A DNA stretch of 48,155 nt from a candidate division FCPU426 bacterium (GCA_031365225.1 JANLXT010000131.1:1-48155); one strand, 5' to 3'. Shown: positions 1 through 9,632, counted from the first letter of the stretch. Translations and numbers: made by a program. The notes: generated from the sequence alone by a model not told the origin.

Positions 1-1652
1 CACCGACCAGCACTCAATCGGCGACGCCTAGCGCAACGACTACCCAGTCATTCACATTCACGAGAACGACTAGCAGTACGATCACACCTACAACAACACC
101 CACCCAGACTCAAACGGTGACGTACACCTACACCCCCACAAGCACATACACCGCGACGCCCAGCGCGACCGCGACCGCGACGCCCAGCGCCACGCAGAGC
201 ATCACCTGGACCTTCTCGCCCACCAGAACAGCGACCCCGACGATTACCCCCAGCCCGACGCAATCCATCACTTGGACCGCTTCACCGACCGTGACTCCCA
301 CCGGTACGCCTAGCGCGACACCTACGGCCACGCCGACTGCCTCGCCCACACCCACGGCGACCCCCAGCGCGACGCAGTCGATCACCTGGACTTTCTCGCC
401 GACCGTGTCCCCTTCGGGGACCGCTACTCCAACTCCGACGGCCACGCCGACGCAGACTCCCACTGGGACACCCACGGCAAGCCCCAGCGTGACGCCCACG
501 GCGACCCCAACCGCGACCGAAACGCCCAATAGCACGGACACCAACACGCCCAGTGTCACGCCGACGGTCACCCCCTCAGCAACAGACAGCGCCACGCCCA
601 CGGGCACGCCCAGCTGGACAGCGACACCGACAGCCACGCCAAGCGCGACCGTGACGCGCAGCGCCACAAGCACATTCACGCCCCCGGCCACGCCGACCGA
701 CACGCCTCAGACCACACCCACAGACTCACCATCGATCACGCCGACCTTCACGCCACTACCCGCGCTGTCGGCGACGATCAAGATTTTTAATAGCGCCGGC
801 GAGCTGGTCTATAGCATGCCCGGCTACGCGGCCTTGCGTGACCTGCCCACAGGACTGGACGCCAGCAGCAACGTGGCCTTGCCCGATGACGGCGGCCTGG
901 CTGTGGTCAAGTTGCAGGGCACCAACTACATCTTCACCTGGGATGGCAGCTCTAACAGCGGAGCTAAAGTCTCTAGCGGCGCGTATCAGATGCAAGTGAG
1001 CGTAGGCGATAGCTTTGGCGGCCAAACAACATTGATGGCCAGCTTGGTGGTCATGCGCACGCCCAATGTCATCACGGTGTCTGTCTTTAATAGCGCGGGC
1101 GAATTGGTCAGGCGCTTTGATCGGCCCGCGGGCTCGGGGGGTGGCACGCTCAGCCTGGACCGGGCGGGATTTAGCCCTGACCCCGCCGACAGCAACAACA
1201 AGGTGACGCTGACCTATGGCCAAGGCGCGACGGACTTTGTGACTTGGGACGGCACCGACGCCCGCGGCAGGATCGTTGCCAGTGGCACCTATCAGATTGT
1301 GGTCGAGCGGCAGCTGGCTGGCGCCAAACCCAGCACTCAGACGACCTCGATCTCTATCATCAAAGCCTTCAGCTCGCCGCTTGCCGAGGCGATCGCCGCG
1401 CCCAATCCAGTTCTTAAGAGTGACTTTGTCGATCTACTGGCGCCTAATCTTGGGCTGGGTGGCTGGATGTGGGCCAAGGTCTACAACATGGCGGGCGAAT
1501 TGGTGGTCCAGGCCCAAGGCACCAGCCCACGCTTGCGCGTCACTTGGGCTGGCAAAAAATTGGCGGGCGGAACCTATCTGATCCGTTTAGAGGCGCAGGA
1601 TGCCGTCGGTGGTTTTGAGACGAAGCTATTGAAAGTGGCGTTGGTTCCGTAA
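1..1652 (+). CDS. Secreted/surface protein, 5'-truncated by the window edge: Thr/Pro-rich low-complexity region followed by three FlgD-Ig-like (T9SS-CTD-like) beta-sandwich modules
   Basis: Frame 3 is open from nt 3, with no stop before the GTG at 117 used by the ORF track, so the gene begins upstream of the window. It has (T/S/A)-P-T repeats, including three copies of 'ATQSITWT(F/A)SPT'. Three modules follow, of the form 'x(I/V)(F/Y)N(S/M)AGELV ... (T)WDG/WAG ... G(A/T)Y(Q/L)(M/I)'. Stop at 1650-1652. Confidence 0.8.
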   Translation, partial: PTSTQSATPSATTTQSFTFTRTTSSTITPTTTPTQTQTVTYTYTPTSTYTATPSATATATPSATQSITWTFSPTRTATPTITPSPTQSITWTASPTVTPTGTPSATPTATPTASPTPTATPSATQSITWTFSPTVSPSGTATPTPTATPTQTPTGTPTASPSVTPTATPTATETPNSTDTNTPSVTPTVTPSATDSATPTGTPSWTATPTATPSATVTRSATSTFTPPATPTDTPQTTPTDSPSITPTFTPLPALSATIKIFNSAGELVYSMPGYAALRDLPTGLDASSNVALPDDGGLAVVKLQGTNYIFTWDGSSNSGAKVSSGAYQMQVSVGDSFGGQTTLMASLVVMRTPNVITVSVFNSAGELVRRFDRPAGSGGGTLSLDRAGFSPDPADSNNKVTLTYGQGATDFVTWDGTDARGRIVASGTYQIVVERQLAGAKPSTQTTSISIIKAFSSPLAEAIAAPNPVLKSDFVDLLAPNLGLGGWMWAKVYNMAGELVVQAQGTSPRLRVTWAGKKLAGGTYLIRLEAQDAVGGFETKLLKVALVP

Positions 1653-1822
1653 TTATCCGAATCATGAAACAAAACCCGTGTTTTTTGTATATTTTCAATT
1701 TTTATATGTCTAATAAATTACATCTTTGTCAAATTCAGCATCGGTGATAAGTGTTTATGCTAAAGCCTTTTTTCAGTATTTTTGGGAAAAGTAAGTCATA
1801 GCACGACTCTTAAAAATTCTGG

Positions 1823-1850
1823 GCGACAGCGCCATAAAAACCATTATACT
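1823..1850 (+). promoter_or_regulatory. Candidate sigma70-type promoter GCGACA-16 nt-TATACT, with the -10 ending 8 nt before ATG 1859
   Basis: Hexamers read directly: GCGACA at 1823-1828 and TATACT at 1845-1850. There is no Shine-Dalgarno between the -10 and the ATG. The site lies in a 206-nt AT-rich spacer. The -35 match is weak (4/6). Confidence 0.3.
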
Positions 1851-1858
1851 TAGCCTCT

Positions 1859-3049
1859 ATGCGACAACGTTTAATCACCATCCTTTTATCCATCTTCTTT
1901 GTCCACTTGGCGCAGCCCGCTCTCTTTGCGGGCCCCAGCGCTGCCGAGTTGATGAGGCTCGCTTATGAAGCCCAATCCAAAGGCCAGTATCGTTTGCAAA
2001 GTTGGTACCTTAAGCGCCTGGTCGAATTAGACCCCAGCAATAGCGCTTCGCAATCATCTTTTCAAGCGGCCCTCGATCGCGCCAAGGCAGAATCAACCGT
2101 CAAACCTTGGGACGAGAACGCTGTCGCAAAGAACGATCTGCCTTCGGACGCGCCCATGCCACCCGCACGTGAGCCGATTGTCATGGCGCCAGGCTTGGGC
2201 GCGTGGGTCTATGGCGATGGCAGGACACACGCCAAAGTAGTGAACGCCTTCAATTTGACCGCGCCTTTGCGCCAACGCGTGCGCTACTTGTTTCCTTATT
2301 CAGGCAGCGTTAGCTTTCGGGCCGGCAAGATCACACTGACTTGGGATACCGACCGCGCCAAGCTGATGGCCGACACGCTGTCTGGCGACGCGCAAGTGCA
2401 CCTGATGCTCGATGGCGCCAGCATTGGCGCGTCGTCAGTCAAAGACGCCGAGTGGGACCGCGCCGCGCGTGAGATAGCCAAAGTTATCGGGGACGAGATC
2501 AAGTTCGCGGGCGTTCAATTTGATATCGAGCCGCATCTGCCGATCATGGACGCCTTTTTCGCGCGCGTGCAGGGTTATCTGAACAAGCCCGTGGGCGCGG
2601 CCGTGGGAGTCTGGTCGCCAAACACTTTTAAAAGCGTCGATTATTTAGCGCTGATGGCCTATGACTTGGCCGAGACTCCTGGCGCTTATCGCAACGCGGC
2701 TCGTGACATGGTCAAATCCTTCATGCGCGACGCGCATCGGACCAACCGTGGCGCCTTGGTCGGCGCGCCAGCCATCGCCACGCACCACGAATACGAATCA
2801 AAATCAGACACATCCCAGGGCCCGGGCATCTCGACAAAATTAAAGATGGAAACTTTTGTCTCTGGCCTGCGCTCGGCACTCACCGAAGCTTTAGAACAAA
2901 ACGATCCCAATTTTATGGGCCTAAGCATCTGGGCCCTGCATCCCGAAGGTGGCCTGCATGGTCCCGGGGACAAAGAGTGGTACTTTCCCTCAACGATCTC
3001 GCCCGCTATCTGGGACCTTTTGCGCTTGCCCGTAGAAAAGAAGCTGTGA
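1859..3049 (+). CDS. Secreted protein: signal peptide, short TPR-like helical region, then a GH18-like/TIM-barrel-like glycoside-hydrolase-type domain (function unknown)
   Basis: N-terminus 'MRQRLITILLSIFFVHLAQPALFA' is a signal peptide. 'FAGVQFDIEPH' resembles the D-x-D-x-E strand of GH18-type barrels ('DGVDIDWE'), followed by 'DYLALMAYD'. There is no SD. It is the first gene of the operon. Confidence 0.55.
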   Translation: MRQRLITILLSIFFVHLAQPALFAGPSAAELMRLAYEAQSKGQYRLQSWYLKRLVELDPSNSASQSSFQAALDRAKAESTVKPWDENAVAKNDLPSDAPMPPAREPIVMAPGLGAWVYGDGRTHAKVVNAFNLTAPLRQRVRYLFPYSGSVSFRAGKITLTWDTDRAKLMADTLSGDAQVHLMLDGASIGASSVKDAEWDRAAREIAKVIGDEIKFAGVQFDIEPHLPIMDAFFARVQGYLNKPVGAAVGVWSPNTFKSVDYLALMAYDLAETPGAYRNAARDMVKSFMRDAHRTNRGALVGAPAIATHHEYESKSDTSQGPGISTKLKMETFVSGLRSALTEALEQNDPNFMGLSIWALHPEGGLHGPGDKEWYFPSTISPAIWDLLRLPVEKKL

Positions 3050-5319
3050 CCCGACGCTCTTTACTCTTAAATCGCTGGCTACTTCTAGTTTGCCTGGCCC
3101 TTGGGTCAAGCATGGCGCGCGCGTCCACGTGGGACACGGTGCGGCTGTTTGATTGGGTCTATCCTACTGAAGCGTCTTATCAACTGTTGGCCGACAGCGC
3201 CCGTAGCGCGGGTAAGACTGGCTGGCTGGTCGATCGTATGGCGCGCCAAGAAAAGCTGCCTCAGGCTGCTGCCAAGGATCTAGCCTACGAGCTGGTGGCG
3301 AGCCCCAACTTAGATGAAGCGGCCAAGGAACGTTTAAAAGAAGCTTTTCAGGACGAATCCAAGGACTTAAAAGCCAGCAACACCAAGTCGGATGACTTGG
3401 CCGAACGCTTGGCGGCGGTGTCACGCAAGATGGATGACCTAGAGGCAGCGGTGGCGCTTAATAATTATGCCAAAACTTCAAATCCAAGCCTAGTCACTAC
3501 TATCTATTCCGGCAACCGTCTTGAAAATACCGGGGGAGTGACAGTGCCCGCTGCGCATCGCAACTACCTATTTGCAGGGGCCAGCTTTGGATTCACGGGT
3601 CAAGTGGGTGGCGGAACTTTTGGCACCTCTTTCGGCTATGATTATTTCGACAATGACAACGGCACTTATATTTCGACCAAGGGCGCGGGACTGACTATCG
3701 GTGGAGTAACGGTCTTGTTGCCCTTTGGGGACGGTGTCCTCTCAACGCGCTTGGGGGGAGGCTATTCTGCCAAGATGTCCGAACTTCTGTTCTCGGACCT
3801 GGGCACGGCCCCCAAAGATAGTTTTTTTACCAATCCGGCAGATAATTATAAGCCAAAGGTTCAGGTCAAAGTATTGGACATCGATTACCCGTCTCAAAAT
3901 AAATACACCCAAAACATCATTTATATCGAACGTCAAGGCACCGGAGAATGGTGGCCTTTTTCACATGCTCAATTTTTTTATGGTCCCAACAATACCCAGT
4001 GGTTTTACACCTACAACCCCGATACCACCAACGAAACCGCGGGGCGCTTAGATTTGGCCTTGGGTAGCGTCGGATTCTTTGATGATCTGCGCATGTACAG
4101 CGTCATGACTCATGCCGAGAATGATCGTGATCAATTAACCGCTTCGCCGCCTGGTGCCATCGTCTTTCAGACCAGCAATGGCACTGAATTGGGGACCGAG
4201 ATGACTTTTCAAGGTGGCGGTACCGCGCGCTTTTCTTACGCGCTCAGCCATTTTGAGGCGCATCCTACGATCAAAGAAAACTATCCCTACGATGACTCGG
4301 CCTACTTGGGCGCGCTTGCTTACCCGATTATGGGCCTCAATACCGCGTTAGAGTTTGGCATGGCAGGGCCCTATTTTTTTACGATCTCAAGAAAAGGACA
4401 GTTTGATGCTCACGCCCAATTAGGCGCCACCATGGATTCGTCTTATGACATCAATGCGGCGCTTCCACCCGCGGCATCTAACATCGCGTTTCAGACTTTG
4501 GTCATCGAGCCTGCGGGTCTCGCCAACAACTCGCAAAGATTGGCGGTAAAAACAGAATGGCAAGGCAGCTTTTTGTCGTGGGGGCTTATGGTGGGTTCTA
4601 ATACTAATATTCTGCCCACCACAGCCATCGTAGAATTTGCACCGGTTCTCGAAAATCGTAGTGACAACGGCTATGCTTGGATGCGAACCCTGGGCGGAAC
4701 TTATTCTGGTCCGGCGGCAAATAACTATAACAATGCGTCTGCGAAATCAGCCATACGTCCCAACGGGACCACCGACGCGGCAGCCAAATGGAGCCAGTAC
4801 TATCAAAAAGCGTATCGCAGGATCTACTTCACTACCTTGATCAGCGATGGACCGTATAGCAACCGCCTTTTAGCAGATAGCATCAAGAGCGTCAATCAAG
4901 CTGAATTGACCACCCGGCTGGATTTTAGATCATTGATCGATAGAAGCCTGCCCTTTGATCTGATCTTTACCGGGCAACTGCGCGATGTCGCTCCTCAAAT
5001 GGGCTTTCCTGCGACGGACGACAGCTCGTTCTTACAACAAAGTGTGGGCTCTGCATTCTTGACCTTTGGTCTCACTGAGACCCTCAATTTCTTGGCCATG
5101 GCTGGTTACGAAGATTGGTCCAGCAATAAAACACCCAAGCCATTTCACGGCATCGCCAAGCAAGCTGGCGTTGGTTTTGATCTGAGCTTGGATTCTTTGA
5201 TCAACGGGTTGTTAATGCAATTGCGCGTTGATTCGTACGAGCACGTCGATTTGATCTACCCTGACAAGCGTGCCTGGTCCATGTGGGGCGGTACGCTCAG
5301 CACAATCTACTCGTATTGA
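3046..5319 (+). CDS. Large outer-membrane protein: signal peptide, N-terminal head, coiled coil, beta-barrel-like C-terminal ~550 aa
   Basis: The ORF track starts at 2977, inside the upstream gene. An in-frame GTG at 3046 overlaps the upstream TGA (GTGA) and gives 'TRRSLLLNRWLLLVCLALGSSMARA|STW', a clean signal peptide with an AxA cleavage site. There is a heptad-like charged stretch ('DDLAERLAAVSRKMDDLEAAV'). The rest is Gly/aromatic-rich with an alternating pattern and ends '...TLSTIYSY', an aromatic C-terminus typical of OM beta-barrels. Confidence 0.7.
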   Translation: MTRRSLLLNRWLLLVCLALGSSMARASTWDTVRLFDWVYPTEASYQLLADSARSAGKTGWLVDRMARQEKLPQAAAKDLAYELVASPNLDEAAKERLKEAFQDESKDLKASNTKSDDLAERLAAVSRKMDDLEAAVALNNYAKTSNPSLVTTIYSGNRLENTGGVTVPAAHRNYLFAGASFGFTGQVGGGTFGTSFGYDYFDNDNGTYISTKGAGLTIGGVTVLLPFGDGVLSTRLGGGYSAKMSELLFSDLGTAPKDSFFTNPADNYKPKVQVKVLDIDYPSQNKYTQNIIYIERQGTGEWWPFSHAQFFYGPNNTQWFYTYNPDTTNETAGRLDLALGSVGFFDDLRMYSVMTHAENDRDQLTASPPGAIVFQTSNGTELGTEMTFQGGGTARFSYALSHFEAHPTIKENYPYDDSAYLGALAYPIMGLNTALEFGMAGPYFFTISRKGQFDAHAQLGATMDSSYDINAALPPAASNIAFQTLVIEPAGLANNSQRLAVKTEWQGSFLSWGLMVGSNTNILPTTAIVEFAPVLENRSDNGYAWMRTLGGTYSGPAANNYNNASAKSAIRPNGTTDAAAKWSQYYQKAYRRIYFTTLISDGPYSNRLLADSIKSVNQAELTTRLDFRSLIDRSLPFDLIFTGQLRDVAPQMGFPATDDSSFLQQSVGSAFLTFGLTETLNFLAMAGYEDWSSNKTPKPFHGIAKQAGVGFDLSLDSLINGLLMQLRVDSYEHVDLIYPDKRAWSMWGGTLSTIYSY

Positions 5320-7457
5320 TGCCTATGCGACGCACAACTCTGTTAATCCTGTTGGCTTTCTTGGTGTTGCCCCTTTTGGGGCAAGCCGAAGACATGCCCT
5401 TGCCACCGCCTTTGCCTGACGCGGACTATCGAGCGGTGCGCGAACTGCAAGCCAAGGATCAGGGAGTGCCCATGCTACCCGCGGCGGGCGCGCCTAGACA
5501 AGAAGCGCTACTTGGCATCGCCGAGCTGGGTGCTAACGCCAGCAGCGGACAAAGCTCTCGTTTTGAGGCGCGCGACTACGACGCGCTGTTCTCACTCTTG
5601 CAACGCTATCGGGATGACCTGCTAAAGCTGGGCATGGATCGTGACGCGCTCGAGGCACAATTGATCACGCTTCGTCAAAAAACCAAAGACTTAGAAGAGC
5701 GGCTCTCGCTTTTACAGCCCAAAGATGGGCTTAAGGTTCATGGTAGCGTCTCGGCAGCGTTTGATGACATGCATCTCATTGGCGACTTAGCTTTGCCGGC
5801 CTCGGTCATGCCCGGATCCACCATTGCGGGTTTAACGGTGGCGCCCAAGCCTGCGGGCGTAGGTGTGCGTTGGCAAGAAATGGCTCAGCGGGCCAATTTA
5901 GATTTTACTTTTAATCGCGGCCCCGCAACGGCCTTGGTGCGCTTTGATATCGTCGCCATTGCTGGAGCCAATGGCAAATTTGACGGCCGGCGTATTTATA
6001 TGGAAATGCGCCTGCCCGTCGCGATTCAGATTGGCGACATCGACACTGCTTTGACACCCTTAACGCTGTGGCGCAACGATGACCTGGCTCCTTTTGAACC
6101 AGAGTTATTTGTCCAAAGGCGCAACCGTTTGGTCAAGGACATGATGTTGGTCCCCAATCGTTGGCCAGTGTCGGGCGCGCGCCTTAGCACTCAACTTGAG
6201 CTCTTTGACGCCCTGACGCTGGAATTGGTGTCGCTCAGCAGTGTGATCAACGGCGCCGGCTCGACTCAATACATTACCTTCGATAAAAAGAATTTTATCA
6301 CCCGTTACAACACTTACATGCAAGGTTGGTCCGTGACCTTGCCCCTGGCGGACGACAAAGTGCGATTCTCCACCAATGGCCTACTTTTTTGGGATGTGAA
6401 CTCAACCGCTCCTGCCGCAACCGTCAATGGATTTAGCAGCATGGTTCAAAGCGGTCGTGTCGATGTCAAATGGGGTATCGTTCGTGCCGAAGCCGAGATG
6501 GCGATGTCTTCGTATGCCTATCCGGTCGCGACATCATGGACCGCGTCGGTCGCTCCATTAACTGGTACGGCCATGACGGGTTCATTGGGCGTTCAAGGCA
6601 AGTACGGCCATATCAAAGGGTTTGGCCGCGCCGTTGCCAATAGCTTTCATTCGGCTGGCGCTCAAGGCCGTACACAAGATATGAACTACGCTCCCTTGGG
6701 ACCGTTTTTGACAGACAACTCTTTTGTCAACGCGGATGGCACGCAGGGCTGGCCAAACGCGGGGGCTGTGGTTGTACCCAACGCTCCCGAGACACGCTTG
6801 AACGCGGTCTTGTTGCCCCCGGGAATGATGGTTGGTACGGCAGCGGGATCGCTCTTTCAACACCTCTTGCCTTATAGCTTTACCGAGATGCTATCTCCCT
6901 ATGGCCAAGCGACCCCCAACCGGGTCGGTGGCGGCTTGGACGGCGAAGGCAATTTCTTGAATGGCGCGGTCAAGCCCGCCGGCACTTACGAGACTTATAG
7001 CCAGATCGACAGCCCGGGTGGCACCCTTAGCCCTTTCGCTTTACAGCGCATGCGGGGTGGCGTGACCTTTGATCTAGAACCAGCGTTTGGCTGGCCTCTC
7101 TCGTTTGGAGGCGGCATGACCATGGATCAGAGCTCCAACGGACAAAAGACTCCAACGGGTAGGGACTACACCTTAACGGTCAATACCACCGATGTCGGTG
7201 GTCGGTGGAAGATCCTTAAAGATCTGGCTTTTCTTAGTGGCTGGCGGCACACCGAGGCCAAAGGCCTCAGTGACGCCTTCGCGTTTCCCGTGGACGGCCG
7301 GGTTTGGGACATGATCGGCAATGGCATCTCGTGGGATCTGCAACAAGGCGTTATGTTTGAAGCGCTCTTCAGCCAGATATTGCGTATCGATACCAATGTG
7401 CCGCGTACAGGTCTTGAAGTGGATCAGATTTACATGCGCGCGAGTTTCGAATTTTAG
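5319..7457 (+). CDS. Large outer-membrane protein: signal peptide, N-terminal head, coiled coil, beta-barrel-like region (second member of the pair)
   Basis: ATG at 5319 overlaps the upstream TGA (TGATG) and gives 'MPMRRTTLLILLAFLVLPLLGQA|EDM'. The coiled-coil segment is 'LLQRYRDDLLKLGMDRDALEAQLITLRQKTKDLEERLSLLQ', followed by 'LKVHGSVSAAFDD'. The protein ends '...MRASFEF' (terminal Phe). Confidence 0.7.
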   Translation: MPMRRTTLLILLAFLVLPLLGQAEDMPLPPPLPDADYRAVRELQAKDQGVPMLPAAGAPRQEALLGIAELGANASSGQSSRFEARDYDALFSLLQRYRDDLLKLGMDRDALEAQLITLRQKTKDLEERLSLLQPKDGLKVHGSVSAAFDDMHLIGDLALPASVMPGSTIAGLTVAPKPAGVGVRWQEMAQRANLDFTFNRGPATALVRFDIVAIAGANGKFDGRRIYMEMRLPVAIQIGDIDTALTPLTLWRNDDLAPFEPELFVQRRNRLVKDMMLVPNRWPVSGARLSTQLELFDALTLELVSLSSVINGAGSTQYITFDKKNFITRYNTYMQGWSVTLPLADDKVRFSTNGLLFWDVNSTAPAATVNGFSSMVQSGRVDVKWGIVRAEAEMAMSSYAYPVATSWTASVAPLTGTAMTGSLGVQGKYGHIKGFGRAVANSFHSAGAQGRTQDMNYAPLGPFLTDNSFVNADGTQGWPNAGAVVVPNAPETRLNAVLLPPGMMVGTAAGSLFQHLLPYSFTEMLSPYGQATPNRVGGGLDGEGNFLNGAVKPAGTYETYSQIDSPGGTLSPFALQRMRGGVTFDLEPAFGWPLSFGGGMTMDQSSNGQKTPTGRDYTLTVNTTDVGGRWKILKDLAFLSGWRHTEAKGLSDAFAFPVDGRVWDMIGNGISWDLQQGVMFEALFSQILRIDTNVPRTGLEVDQIYMRASFEF

Positions 7458-7480
7458 TTTAAATACGCAAAGGACAAGTC

Positions 7481-9445
7481 ATGCTTAGCAAATCAAAAAG
7501 AATTAGGACCCTGGCGTTAGCTCTTGCCTTGAGCCTTAGCGCAACCCGAGGCCACACCTTTGTGACCTCGGCCATCCTTGAGTTCAGCTCGGATGACCAG
7601 CTTGGTTTTTATTTGAATGGCAACACCTTGCTGCAAGTGAGTGTTTTTGAGCCCTTTAGCTTTCAAGCCCTATCTACCGCCGATGGCACCTTGCCTTTAG
7701 AGATGTTCGACACCGACGGCGACAATCTTTTGGCTTGCCGTAACACCAACGGGGGTGGCGAGAGCATGGGCGCCGCCTATCGCCTGACCGTGCACCATAG
7801 CGATGGTGATCCCGTGGTGATCTGGTCCGTGCCCGAACAAGCCAAGATGCTGCATGTCATCCGCCCAGCCCGAGAGCCTGAGGGCTGGAACCAGATCAAT
7901 TTTAATGACAGCGCTTGGCGCCCGGCGACCCTTGGCTTTTCGGCTGGCATCTGGGCCATCTGGCCCCAATTATCCGACGCGTCCTTTGGTAATTTTTTAG
8001 GCTTGAATGGTTACGTGCCTTTTATGTCCCACAACAAAGACGGCATGGCCAATTCAAGCGACGTGAATATCTTCCGCAGTCATTTTCGTTTTCCGGTCAA
8101 ACCCGCCAAAGTCGTCGCGATTGTTCAGCCTAGCAGTGGCCGCGTGGGACAAAACATCGCTATCCGCTTAGTACCCGGCCCTGATTCTGCCAACTTTAGC
8201 CAGTTTAATCTTTTGGCGTGGCTACCTAAAGGTTTGGACTTTGTCTCGGCATCCCCCGGTGGCACCTACGACCCTGCCACGCGCCGTGTTTCGTGGTCCA
8301 GCGGTGCGAAGGCTTTGGGTGTGCATTACCTTAAACTGCCTGCCGTACGCGTTGATTCGGCTAGCGGCTGGACCGCGCCACAGCTTGCGCTGGGTCCGCT
8401 CAAGCCAGAGCTTGGTAATCGGATCCAGATCAATGTCACCGACGCTGTATTTAACAGGGGAACCAGTTTTGGCGCCAAACGCCCAGGTTGGTTCAGTCTT
8501 CAGACTCCCGCTCCGGAGCCTGGGACCCCAAAAATTTTAGGGGTGATTTTTCGAACCCAATTACGCTCGTCCGCCAGCAAGGTCAATGTGACTGATAGCG
8601 ACAGCCGCAAAGAGATTGATCCCGTCTTTTTTAACTATTCAGTCGATGGCAGACTAAAGGGCGCGCTTAAAAAAGATGTCGAGGTCTCGCGCAACACCAA
8701 CAGCGGTGAATGGTATGACGGATATTACGACGCCAGCGAAGATCGCGCCTGGACCTGGGCTGACGTGCAAAATGTGAAAGTAAAGATCGAATCAAGCGTG
8801 CGTGGCAACCAAGAGCGCATTTTGATGGCTGGGACCCAGATGATCGTGCGGGTGTACCAACCCGCGGCGGTCAGCAACTATTGCTACGTGAAGGTGACCG
8901 AGCCCCGTTGCGCCACGCTTGAGATCAAGGCGGGCTTGTTCCGCGCTGGCGCCAAGCTGGTCACGTCCGACGCGGTCGAGTTCCCTATCAATCAGCAGGC
9001 CTGCGCACCCACACCGGTGCCCACACCAACCATGGCGCCCCCTCCACCGCGCTTGCCCACGCCCGAGCCGACGTTGGCGCCGCAGGTCACGCCCAAGCCT
9101 AAGATCGATCCTGGCACGGGTCGCCCAGGCGAGATACAGCTGGGCCTTGGCTGTCTGTCGGCCAACCCAGAGCCGTTCAACTTTGCCGGCACCTTCATCA
9201 ACTTCTGCTTGAAGCAGGATGCCGACGTCACCATCAACATCTACAACGCCAAAACCGGCGCCTTGGTACGTGGTTTCAAGGCGGGTAATTTCCGTGGTGG
9301 CGACAGTCAGGTCTTCTACAACGCCATGGACGACAAACAACGTCCCTTGCTGCCGGGCGAATATGTTTACGAACTAGTGGCCGAGAAGAAGGGCGTGCGC
9401 GAGTCACGCAACTCCCTGTTCCACTTTAAAAAAGACCGGCGCTAA
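7481..9445 (+). CDS. Secreted surface protein: beta-sandwich N-domain, DUF11-like repeat domain, Pro-rich linker, FlgD-Ig-like/T9SS-CTD-like C-terminal domain
   Basis: SD AAAGGA lies 7 nt upstream of the ATG. The signal peptide is 'MLSKSKRIRTLALALALSLSA'. 'LLAWLPKGLDFVSASPGGTYDPATRRVSWS' matches the DUF11/conserved-repeat pattern. The C-terminus has 'ANPEPFNFAGT..VTINIYNAKTGALV..GEYVYELVA'. Confidence 0.7.
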   Translation: MLSKSKRIRTLALALALSLSATRGHTFVTSAILEFSSDDQLGFYLNGNTLLQVSVFEPFSFQALSTADGTLPLEMFDTDGDNLLACRNTNGGGESMGAAYRLTVHHSDGDPVVIWSVPEQAKMLHVIRPAREPEGWNQINFNDSAWRPATLGFSAGIWAIWPQLSDASFGNFLGLNGYVPFMSHNKDGMANSSDVNIFRSHFRFPVKPAKVVAIVQPSSGRVGQNIAIRLVPGPDSANFSQFNLLAWLPKGLDFVSASPGGTYDPATRRVSWSSGAKALGVHYLKLPAVRVDSASGWTAPQLALGPLKPELGNRIQINVTDAVFNRGTSFGAKRPGWFSLQTPAPEPGTPKILGVIFRTQLRSSASKVNVTDSDSRKEIDPVFFNYSVDGRLKGALKKDVEVSRNTNSGEWYDGYYDASEDRAWTWADVQNVKVKIESSVRGNQERILMAGTQMIVRVYQPAAVSNYCYVKVTEPRCATLEIKAGLFRAGAKLVTSDAVEFPINQQACAPTPVPTPTMAPPPPRLPTPEPTLAPQVTPKPKIDPGTGRPGEIQLGLGCLSANPEPFNFAGTFINFCLKQDADVTINIYNAKTGALVRGFKAGNFRGGDSQVFYNAMDDKQRPLLPGEYVYELVAEKKGVRESRNSLFHFKKDRR

Positions 9446-9470
9446 CCAGCGCTCACGCTAGAGGCAATGA

Positions 9471-9632
9471 ATGCGAATGCTTAAAGTAACCCTGATTTTT
9501 GTCGCGCTCGCGCTTGGTCTAAACGCCTGCGCGGGTATTATGGAGTTTCGCTTGCCAAAAGAATTTGACGGCAAAAAGACGGTTCAAGACCCACCCGTTG
9601 TTCAAGCTTTCTCTGACCGCAAGACCGTCTGA
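9471..9632 (+). CDS. Small (53 aa) predicted lipoprotein, absent from the ORF track (presumably below its length cutoff)
   Basis: My own translation: MRMLKVTLIFVALALGLNACAGIMEFRLPKEFDGKKTVQDPPVVQAFSDRKTV*. SD GAGG (9461-9464) lies 6 nt upstream of the ATG. The lipobox-like sequence is 'LGLNAC'. Its TGA overlaps the next gene's ATG (TGATG at 9630-9634). Confidence 0.55.
   Translation: MRMLKVTLIFVALALGLNACAGIMEFRLPKEFDGKKTVQDPPVVQAFSDRKTV

Noticed and set aside
128-703. Long Gly/Val-rich antisense ORFs opposite the Thr/Pro/Ser linkers. Besides this one they occur at 16338-16703, 18109-18402, 18421-18846, 26435-27247 and 28727-29230.
   Set aside because: They are the reverse complement of ACN/CCN/TCN codon runs, which automatically gives stop-free GGN/GTN frames. 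They have no SD and no independent signal, and the sense frames carry clear catalytic and CTD domains.
1664-1747. 27-aa ORF (MKQNPCFLYIFNFYMSNKLHLCQIQHR) and a weak A/T hairpin just after the stop of the first gene.
   Set aside because: The segment is AT-rich spacer with no SD. The codon usage is unlike the rest of the window. The hairpin (ACAAAAC/GTTTT) is too weak to call a terminator.
2977-3045. N-terminal extensions given by the ORF track that overlap the upstream gene (2977, 5283, 13855, 22005, 24017, 39101, 44407, 28425, 45905).
   Set aside because: In each case an internal start has a proper SD or a 1-4-nt stop/start overlap, and it produces a clean signal peptide or family-typical N-terminus. 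The extensions add non-homologous residues that overlap another CDS.
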